Assembly: GCF_000142905.1 (NCBI RefSeq)
Contig: NW_013657622.1
Coordinates: 62,001 to 126,000 of the forward strand
Length of the DNA: 64,000 bases
DNA from: Thecamonas trahens ATCC 50062
Lineage: Eukaryota; Protista; Apusomonadida
Reading direction: 5' to 3'
The notes under the pieces are model-generated. The model ran no database searches, was not told where the DNA came from, and saw nothing but the letters and a program-made list of their open reading frames with translations. Shown piece by piece: positions 55,201 through 64,000 of this stretch. The translations under genes and the position numbers were made by a program. Numbering within the stretch: the first letter of the stretch is position 1; each line of letters opens with the position of its first letter.

Positions 55201-58200
55201 CCGAGCCACCAACGCGAAAGGCACGCGCTCCGCCAGTGGTGCCGGAGCAGTCTAGAGTTGTCGTCGCCGGCCCATTGCCGCGAATCCGCACCTCGGGCCC
55301 GCCCAGCACCCCGTCGAGCATGAGCCCGTCGGACAGACAGCCTGCGTGGGTGTCAGGAAGCACCACATCGACGAGCGCAGTGGTGGCATGCCGCGGCGCG
55401 GCACTGAGTGCAGCAGAGAGCTCGCTCACGGTTGCGCCCGAATTGAGGGTGACCGTGCAGACTTGCGCATCGAGACCACAGGCGCTGCCGGCCACAGGCA
55501 CGCATGCTCCCGTCCCGGGGCACCACCCACAGGCAACGTGCTGCGAGCACGCGCATGTCGACTGGCTCCGGCTTGCGCAGACGCTGGATGCGTCGCGGAA
55601 AGTGTACTCGAAGCTCAGCACTGGCGCTGTGGCCTGGCCGCTCGAGCTGGTGGCGACAACCAGCATCCGCGAGGCCGTGGCGCGGGTGGCGAGTGCAGGA
55701 AGAACTGCCGAGCCAGCATTGCTCCTATCCACAATATTTGAGGCGTCGAGGACGCCAAGAACAGGGTACCGCTCGTCCGGGCCGTCGTAGACGGTGAGCA
55801 CGTCGCCAGCGGCGCCGGGCGCCACGAGTTGATTGAAAGCTCGGTATAGCCAGTATTCGAGGATGGGCCTAGGAGCCAGCGGCAGCCGCCACTGCGTGCA
55901 GGCAGATGAGCCGTGACGATGCCACGGGAGGCATCGGCGCCGGTCAGCGTCGCCAAACCGCGGCACCGGTTGCTCACCACAAACTCAACCGATTCGGAGC
56001 CGCTGAATCCAGAGCCATCGGCTTCGGCCACCACGTACGGCCCGTCTGAGACTGCGTACAGGCTGTAGCTGCGGAGCGCCGACGGCGGCGAGACGGTGAG
56101 CGTAAAGTTGTACAAGGTGCCGGACGTGACGGTGATGTTGCAGAGGCGCGCAAAGCTCGCATCCTGCCCGTCGATGGCGGAGTTGGGCGGGCAGAGCGCC
56201 GGGCCAGCGGTGAACGAGCTCGAGCCGCCGTCAATTGTCCACGACGCGCTGATTGACGAGTCGTCCGGACTCAGGTCGAGGGCAACAACGAGGCTCGCGT
56301 CAGCGGTGCCGACCGCGGTCGCAGCGGGATCAGGCGAGGCCTGGACAACAGCAGAGCCGTAGCCGAGGTGGGCGATACTCACGGCGGATTGGGCAATGAC
56401 TCGCGAGAGGCCGGTCGCCTCGTAGACAACCGAGAGAGCAGCGGTGGTGGTCGACTCGCAGGGGACAGAGTAGTTGCCGGCGCAGACCGGCGACGATGCG
56501 TTGTACATCGAGGCGCTTGCGGTGCAGCAGACGGTCTCGTCGACGGTGACATCATAGATGAGCGCCGAGTAGTCCTCGGCAAAGTGGGTGTCGTAGATGC
56601 AGCACTCGAGCGAATTGTCGGTGGTGTTGCGGGTGCATGGGTCGTCACCGAGCCGCTCCTCGTTGGCGGCGTTGTCGCTCACCGAGCCGCATGTGGGCTC
56701 GGCGATGCGGCCGGCAACTGTGAGGACAAAGGCATCAAGTGCGGCCGAGGGGACAACGACCGAGCAAGAGATGTTGAGGGCGGTGCCGATGGCACCAAGC
56801 GAGGCAACGGTCGGCACCTCGGTGAGTCTGCACGGATTGGCAACGTGGGTTGCGGTGGCAGCCATGGAGCCAAGGAGAAAATCGCCTGCAGCCGGCAAGT
56901 TAGCGGCAAGTAGAGAGTCGCCGCGCGGCTCGTCGGTCGGCGACGCGCTGAGGCCCGCGAGCATGGTCGAGGAGAGCAGGACCTTGCCAGTTGCCATCGA
57001 CGTCACGTTCCACGACGCGTTGTCGCTTGCAAGGAACGGCTCCGAGGTCGCGGCAGAGTCGTGGATGGCAAGGCGGAGCACGACGCGGTGGTCGTCGGCG
57101 ACCTGCCGCGGTAGAGTGTACTGCTGGCTATTGGTGTCGCTGCCGAGGCAGTCCCACGAGACCTTGAATCCAGCGTCGACGTTGGGCTCAGGCCCCGATT
57201 CAAACTCGATGCGAACGCTCGGGCCCGACCCTCGCCAAACCAGCGCCTCTGCGGGCAAACTCGACGCGTTGCCGGAGAACTCGACAATCTGGGCGTCGGT
57301 ACTGACCGGACCGTCGAGGATGCGCAGGACGGCGCCACCGTGGACGAGGGAGGTGGCGGTGGCGTCGATGGTGACCTGAAGGGTGCCGGCGCAGATGGTC
57401 GGCGTCACAACCCACGCGCACCTTGCATTCGGCCGGTAAGTGGTGGCCGAACCCGATGGGTTGGCGATCTCGCCTACCAACCCGGTCAAGACCTGGACGC
57501 CGTAGCAGTGGTCACCATCGGCGGTCGAGAGCGCCGGTGGCGGAGCAGGTCCAGGTGGAGCGCCAGAGTTGGCTCGGAAGCCGAGGCTGACGACCGGCAG
57601 CGCCGAAAGCTCACCGGCGGCGAGGATTTCAAGTCGAGCGGTGGCGCCCGATGCCGGCGGAATGGTGCCGGAAATGGCCGAGCCGGTCGCCTCCATCAGG
57701 ATAGTCCCATCCGGACTACTGCCGTCGCGCAGGCGGACGACAACCTCTCCAGCAACCGTCTGCAGCGTCAAGAGCTCAAAACTGAGAACAGAGGCGGCCG
57801 GCCCGCTCAGCAGCCAGACGCACGACTCGCCGGGGCCAATCGAGGTGGCGGCGTCGAGGTCAACCGAGCCAGTCGAGGTGACTTGCGAGACGGCGACGGC
57901 GGTCTTGGGCGCACAGAGTGCAGGACCCGAGGCTGGGGGCGCGGCCGACGCGGCCTCAACAGCCCACGACACCGTGAAGCCCGAGGCGGCGGTATGCTGG
58001 TAGTGAGCGCCGAAGAACACAATTGACGCGCCGGAGACCGGAGCGTGGACGACGACAGGATCACTTGTTGCGCCCGGGACCAGCGGAATGGCCGCCAGCA
58101 GACGGGCGTCGGCACCGTCGGCTGCACGCGAGCCGGCGTAGACTCGGACGGTGGAGCGGCGGTCGAGCTCGATGTCTGCCAGTGAAACGCGTAGGAGGTG

Positions 58201-58740
58201 ATGGGCGGCGGCTGAAGCGGGGCGGATGAGCCAGCCGCAGGCCGCGCCGGGCGGGATGTCGCCGCCGACACGGAACGAGCCCGATGCAGCGGTGAGGGCG
58301 GCCGGAACGCCTGGCGCGCAGGACGTGGCGGCGAGGGCGCAGGATGGGCCAGCCCAACCAGGAGCGCAGACGCAGCGCGAGTCGTCGATGCACACGCCAT
58401 GGGCCGAGCATGCCGCGGAACAACCGCATGACGAGCAATCGCCGCCGTCGCAGGCATGGCACCGAAGGTCGACCACCGGCGAGGCAGCCGCATCACCGCC
58501 GGAAAACGGCGAGCCGTCGTCGCATACGCCATTGCCGAGCCGGGTTGCAAGGACGCACCCGCCGCCTCCGGCCATTCCCGTTGCGCCGCCAACCAGGCTG
58601 GCGGCGGTGACGAGGCCGGACCGGGCCGAACGCCCACACGCCGCCACATAGCCTGGAGGGCAGCCGGAGTCGGCGGCGGCCACCGCGGGCGAAGCCGCGA
58701 GAAGCAGCAGTAGTAGCGCGGCGAAGAGCGGGCCTCGCAT
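49214..58740 (-). CDS. giant (~3170 aa) surface receptor-like protein: signal peptide, EGF, several CUB, PSI-like, PMP (GGA/GGG-x-N) beta-helix repeats, TNFR/ephrin-like Cys repeats, multi-pass TM; frameshift ~55836
   Basis: 'MRGPLFAALLLLLLAASPAVAAA'; 'CSAHGVC..CVCAPGWAGPSC'; CUB 'CGWLI/CVWLL/CAWVV/CRWLL..VYDG'; many 'N.A..GGG' repeats; 'CPPGTFS'; hydrophobic helices. One extra base joins ORFs 55615-59328 and 49214-55966 inside a CUB domain. Confidence 0.85.
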
Positions 58741-59078
58741 GAGGACGTGGAAACTTTGTGTGTATGTGTGTGGTGGGGGGGGGGAGGGGGGGGGAGGGTG
58801 AGGGGGTTGAGGGTGGAAGGGGGTGGGTCGGTGACGGGAGGTGGTGGTGTGAGATGGCTGTCGAGTTTGTGTGTTGTTGCGGCGTTGCATGCTAGCTGAA
58901 GTTGCCACATGTTTTTCTTGGATACTTTTTTCCCTGGTGAATTTCTCTGGTTCGGCCAAGTTGGACCGGGCCGGTTGGCGTTGGCAGGATCTGGCATTTT
59001 CGCGCCGAGCCGTCGGCCGGTGCGTATCGGCAAGAACGCCGGTCGCTGGCTGGCCACCGCACCCCAATTGAGGTTTGA

Positions 59079-60125
59079 ATGGCCGAGTACAAGCTTGGTA
59101 CGTGGCGGGAAGGAGGTGGGGGGGGGGGGGNNNNNNNNNNNNNNNNNNNNNNNNNNNNNNNNNNNNNNNNNNNNNNNNNNNNNNNNNNNNNNNNNNNNNN
59201 NNNNNNNNNNNNNNNNNNNNNNNNNNNNNNNNNNNNNNNNNNNNNNNNNNNNNNNNNNNNNNNNNNNNNNNNNNNNNNNNNNAAAAAGAACCTAGTTCGA
59301 CAGAATGTCGGGATGAAAGAGTGAACAAAAATATAAGTTATTTCTGGCGCGAGTTAGTGTATGGGTCTGGGGGGGGGGGGGAGAGGGTGCGGCGTGTGTG
59401 TGTATATGGGAGGGGGGTGGGCTGTGTGATCAGGCGGTGGCAGCCAGGAGGTGGGGAGGAGCGGGGGAGGGGGCTGGTATGGGGGAGGGGGGAGGGGAGA
59501 GAAGGGCGACATGCAGGAGACATGGGGCTCACAGAAGGGGGGGCATGTGGCGGAGTGTACAGTCGTCTGCGGGCATGGTGGCGTGGGTAAGTCTGCGCTG
59601 ACGGTCCGGTTCATCCAGGGCAACTTCCTGGAAAAGTACGACCCGACCATCGAGGACTCGTACCGCAAGCAGGTCGAGGTTGATGGCGTGGCGTGCTTGC
59701 TGGACATCCTCGACACGGCTGGGCAGGACGAGTACTCGGCGCTCCGCGACGCATACATGAAGACTGGACAGGGTTTTGTTATCGTCTACGACATCACAGA
59801 CACGCTCTCGCTCGACACGGTGACCAATCTCCGCGAGAAGATCCTGCGGACAAAGCAGGCGGCCGACGTGCCTATCATGCTGGTGGGCAACAAGGTTGAT
59901 CTCGAGGACAAGCGCGTGGTGGCGAAGTCCAAGGGTGAGGAGCTTGCGCAGGAGTACAAGTGCTCGTTCATGGAGACATCAGCCAAGACGAACCACAACG
60001 TCAAGGAGTTGTTTGAGCAGCTCGTCCGCGAGATCAACCAGTACCAGGACCGCAACCCGGCGGCGAGCTCGTCCAAGTCGGCCGGCGGATCGTCCAAGAA
60101 GAAGGGCGGCTGTGCGCTGCTCTGA
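59079..60125 (+). CDS. Ras/Rap-family small GTPase; exon1 59079-59097, intron 59098-59562 (contains gap), exon2 59563-60125
   Basis: spliced [44 protein letters not shown]..polybasic CALL. Confidence 0.92.
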
Positions 60126-60340
60126 GCTCGCGAGGCCTCTCCCTTCTGCTGCCGCGCCCTCGCTGCCGTGCCTTTCCTCTCCATTGAACACACACACACA
60201 CCTCAAGGTCCTGTCTGGGCCAAGATGAGCTTGGCAAAACTGTCTTTCACTTGTCTCGAGCAATTGTAAATAGTGTGAGTTGTTGCCACGGATGATGACG
60301 GTGAAGCCAGCACTATCCCGCGGGTCACAATCTTCACAGG

Positions 60341-61193
60341 CTAGAGCTTGCTCTGGTGGGCGGCAGCCGAGTCGCCACCACCCGAGCCCTCGCGCGAGCG
60401 GTTCTCCTTGCAGCAGCAGAGGAAGCCGACGTGGATAAAGCCTGAGATGAAGAAGGCCGTCGAGGCGCCGAGGGCGCAGTAGAACGAGTAGCCGAACGGA
60501 ATCGTGACGCCCGAGCCGCTGCCAAACGAGCCCTTGCCAATCTCGCGGTCGACACCGGCGTAGGCGATGACAGCAATGATGGCAAGGATGGCGGTAACAA
60601 AGTTGAGCGCCGAACCAAACTGCGCCGCCCGGTCCGAGTTACTCTCCACGATCAGGATAGTCCGGCCCTCGGCCATGGCAAAGACCACACCGAAAAAGGT
60701 GGCAGGAATGGCAGAAAGAAGTGCGAGGATGGTAAAGGCCGCGCTTGCCGAGCCCGCAGACTTCCACGAGTCGCACACAGCCGACGAGAACTGGTCCTTG
60801 CAGTACGGGTCCGAGAACTTGAACGACTGCGTCACGCTGCTGCCGCCAGTAAGCGCTCCCGACCGAAAGTGCTCGCCGCTGAAGAGCCCAACCTTGACGT
60901 GCCAGAGGTTGAACGAGTTGATGCCCCAGAGCCACGAAATGGCCGCAACAGCAATGATGAGGCAGATAACGCCGATGACCGCGTTAGCCATGACGCAGCA
61001 GTTGCAGCAGCACCACGAGTTGCAGCACCCGGCCTCGCCCTTGCCCTCACCCTTGGCCTTGCCCATGCCCTTTCCGAGTCCCATGCCCTTGCCCATGCTC
61101 TGCGTCCCGTGTGTTTGATGGCTTGTGAGTCGTGCGTGGCTTGTGTGTGTGTGGGGTGGGGAGGTGCGCGGTATTCTGAGTACTCACCAGCAT
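60341..61193 (-). CDS. claudin/PMP22/SUR7-like tetraspan membrane protein; exon1 61193-61188, intron 61187-61100
   Basis: 4 TM segments, 'W..VGLF..C..C' extracellular loop, 'FGYSFY', Cys clusters flanking the TMs; ATG CTG|GTGAGT...CGCAG|AGC ATG. Confidence 0.7.
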
Positions 61194-61896
61194 ATTTTTG
61201 CCAAAGAGGCACACAGCTTTTACAACCCTGCTCCGCTCATCCTCCGCCTCCGCTACCCCTGCACCCCTCGGCCCCATTTTCCCACGCTCATCACAATGTC
61301 TACAACAGGAGTAGCGGCCTACGAAGCAGCGGGTGCTGGCCCGAAGAGGGCCCACAGATCGCAGGGCGGGTGATTTACGTACTTTGGTGTTGCAGAGAGT
61401 TGTGTTGGAGAGTACCAACTGCTGGCCCCAATGGACATTTTTTTGGCCTCTGTTACGCAACGACCGCTCCACCGCCGGGGGGGCACACAAGAAGCAGTTG
61501 GGGCCGTACTCTTGCAGGGGGGGGATACGAGATGGGACGGGGGCTAGTGGTGGCTCGAGGAAAGGTCAGCAGACAGAGAGCTAAAGAGTGCGCGGGGAGC
61601 CGATGGAGAGCCGTCGACATGGCAGATACGGCTTGAGTACCGCGGTAGGGACTCCGGTGGCTGGCGCTGTCCACGTGGATGGGGGGCGCGCCAGCTGCTG
61701 GCTACACATTTCGTTTGATGACATAACCGCACCCAGTGGTGGTTGCAGATGCGCCCATGGGTGGGGCGCGGCGGCAGCCTTGTGGCGACGGCGGGCGACT
61801 GTGGTTTGCACGGGTAGATCAGCGGTGCATGGCTGTGCTTGTGTGTTTGTGTGTGTCTTGCGTCAGCGCGAGAGCGGGCAGGGCAGGACAGTGGGG

Positions 61897-63993
61897 CTAC
61901 CAGCGCGACTCGAGACGCATCGGCTCGGGCGCGGTGCCAGGGATGGAGCCGTCCCACGAGGTGAGGCGAAAGTACGACGACTTGGAGACCTTTGTGCGGA
62001 GCGAGGCGATCTTGTCGTCGATGAGCGCCTTTTGCTCGGCGTACTTGCTCGACTCGCCGGCGCCGCCGTCGTCAGTGATGGCAAGGAGGGCCAGGTTGTT
62101 GGCGTCGATGAGCAGCGACGACTGGGCCGAGTAGAGCGAGCCAAGCAGGTACGCCGAAGCCTTCTCGGTATCCTTCTTGAGCCAGTAGCACGAGCCGAGG
62201 ACCGAGTGGATCTGGGTCTCCATAAAGGCGTCGAGCAGGCGCTGCGAGACTTTGGCCAGTGAGGCCTCCAAGAGGTCGATGACCGAGTTGAGGGCGGTGA
62301 GGGTGACCTTGGGCAAGTGTGTCTCGATCTGGGCCCGGAGGAGAGCGTACTCGGCCACAAAGGTCTCGTAGTGCGGGGCGCGGCGGAGGTGCGACTCAAA
62401 GATGGCCTCAAGCTCAACCAGCGCCTCCTGCGGCGCGGCCTGGTAGAGGAGGACCTTGACTCGTCCGAGCTGGGCGTACATGGCCACCCGCGGATCATGC
62501 GCGGCGGCTTCTAGCGCCAGCGCGTACTGCTTGGCGGCAGCGTCGAGCTCGCCGGCGGCAACGCAAAAGTCGCCGAGCCACGCGTGGAGAAGCCCGCGGT
62601 AGACTCGGAGGAACGACGGCGCCGTCTCGCAGTGGGCAAAGAGCGCGTGCAGCGTCAGCAGCGCCTCTTTGACCTTGAACGAGTTGAGACAGAGCTGGAA
62701 CTCGATCTCGAAAAAGCAAAGCTCAATGACTAGCAGCCGCCGGAGCGCCAGTGGGACCTCGGCGCCGGGCACGCACCGCGCCTCGCCGGCCTCCAGCGCA
62801 GCCCGCAGCGCGCGGACCTGCCCGCGCCCGGCCTCTAGTGCCGCAGCCGCCACGCTCATGTCGGTCCCGCGGTAGAGCTGGCACCTCAGCAGCTCAACAA
62901 GCGCAAACACTTCGCCGCCCTCCATCCACGGCATGCCCACCGGCGACTCCAGCCGTCCGGGCGCCGCCGCCAGCGCCTCGGCTGCATGCCCAAGCGCAAT
63001 CTGCACGCCCTTGGCATCGACGTGCACCCCCTTGCGCAGCAACGTCACAGACTGTAGAATGAGCGCATGAACTCGGATCTGCAGGATGCCCGCGGCAAGC
63101 GCCGGCGCCTCGCCGCCCTCGCCCGCGCCCGCGGTCTCGGCCACCACCTTCTCCAGAATGGGCGCGCACGCCTCCTCCTTGCACTGCGAGATGAGGGCGT
63201 GGACGAGGCAGAGGTCAAAGACGTGCTTGGCCACCATCAGCCTCCCCCCGCGTCCGTTGCTGCTCACCTCACGCAGCGCAGCCACGCCGGCCAGTGCTGC
63301 GTCAGCAAGCGTCTTGCCGGCCTCCACCAGCCCGGCCTCAAACTCGATCCGTACCCCGAGACTCGCCAGCGCCAGCCACCACCGGACGTGGAGCTCGGGA
63401 GGCGGCGCACCGCCCCTCGGCGGCACAACATCCTCACCGCTCCGCAGGCCAGCCAGGAACTCGCCCCATCCGGTCCCGGCCAGCGCCACCTCGGCCGCCG
63501 CCAGGCCGTCGGTCACCTGGCACCGGGCCAGCGCCGCCGCGCCGGCCTCGGCCCCGAGCAGGTACACCCGCGCCAGCAGAGCGTACACCTCGTACTTGGC
63601 CTCGGCCGCCCCGGCCAGGTAGCCCACCACCACCCGTGCCTGCTCCAGGTGCCATCGCGCCTCCTTCCGGTTGCTCGTCGCCGCGTACAGCATCTGCGCC
63701 AGCCGCAGGTGCGTCGCCAGCTTGACCTCGGCCGCCAGCTCGCTGGGCCCCGCTCCGCCGCCTCCTCCGCCACCACCCCCGCTTCCCGCCATGACCTCTT
63801 CCTCGTCAAAGCCGCTGCTCCCCAGTGCCCCGCTGCTGCGGCCGTCGCTGCGGACAAAGACCGCCTCGAGAGCCCTCACCGCCACCGCCACGCTCCCCGA
63901 GGCATACGCCGCTTCGGCAAGCTCCCACAGCACCCCTATCCGGGCTTCCTCCCGAGCCTCCACTTCCCCATGCGCCTCGTCTTGCCGCTCCAT
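61897..63993 (-). CDS. MAU2: cohesin loader subunit MAU2/Scc4-like TPR protein
   Basis: 'LWELAE..VRALEAVF..THLRLAQMLYAATSNRKEARWHLEQA..KYEVYALLARVY'; C-terminal 'RLTSWDG'. Confidence 0.75.
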   Translation of the reverse strand: MERQDEAHGEVEAREEARIGVLWELAEAAYASGSVAVAVRALEAVFVRSDGRSSGALGSSGFDEEEVMAGSGGGGGGGGGAGPSELAAEVKLATHLRLAQMLYAATSNRKEARWHLEQARVVVGYLAGAAEAKYEVYALLARVYLLGAEAGAAALARCQVTDGLAAAEVALAGTGWGEFLAGLRSGEDVVPPRGGAPPPELHVRWWLALASLGVRIEFEAGLVEAGKTLADAALAGVAALREVSSNGRGGRLMVAKHVFDLCLVHALISQCKEEACAPILEKVVAETAGAGEGGEAPALAAGILQIRVHALILQSVTLLRKGVHVDAKGVQIALGHAAEALAAAPGRLESPVGMPWMEGGEVFALVELLRCQLYRGTDMSVAAAALEAGRGQVRALRAALEAGEARCVPGAEVPLALRRLLVIELCFFEIEFQLCLNSFKVKEALLTLHALFAHCETAPSFLRVYRGLLHAWLGDFCVAAGELDAAAKQYALALEAAAHDPRVAMYAQLGRVKVLLYQAAPQEALVELEAIFESHLRRAPHYETFVAEYALLRAQIETHLPKVTLTALNSVIDLLEASLAKVSQRLLDAFMETQIHSVLGSCYWLKKDTEKASAYLLGSLYSAQSSLLIDANNLALLAITDDGGAGESSKYAEQKALIDDKIASLRTKVSKSSYFRLTSWDGSIPGTAPEPMRLESRW

Positions 63994-64000
63994 CCTGGCC

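Noticed and set aside
61540-61585. RNase P/MRP RNA motifs (GAGGAAAGGTC, GGGGCTA)
   Set aside because: Wrong order and no complementary P4 strand
1410-63857. Hundreds of antisense or alternate-frame ORFs
   Set aside because: Expected shadow ORFs of high-GC coding DNA

Overview
GC-rich, gene-dense, intron-poor eukaryotic protist DNA from a draft assembly with 5 N-gaps. Style and gene content suggest an apusomonad such as Thecamonas; this is an inference and was not verified. About 19 protein genes are supported: F-BAR-RhoGAP, a two-pore channel, TBC1D15/17, a giant USP, BLOC1S3, an RCC1-sulfotransferase fusion, SENP6/7-like, CFAP91, a class II HDAC, DUF4476-like, a coiled-coil protein, WDR31, an RP2/TBCC-clathrin light chain fusion, an LRR protein, PP2C, a giant CUB/PMP/TM receptor, Ras/Rap, a claudin-like protein and MAU2. 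The ORF track misses several short first exons: I reconstructed single 5'-proximal GT-AG introns, two of them directly after the ATG. Several genes are split by single-base frameshifts at short homopolymers, probably sequencing errors. Distinct minisatellite arrays occupy first introns and divergent promoters. A degenerate PIF1/Helitron-like element is bracketed by perfect 69-bp direct repeats and carries a perfect 22-bp hairpin. It is followed by an AT-rich island and a nested palindrome.
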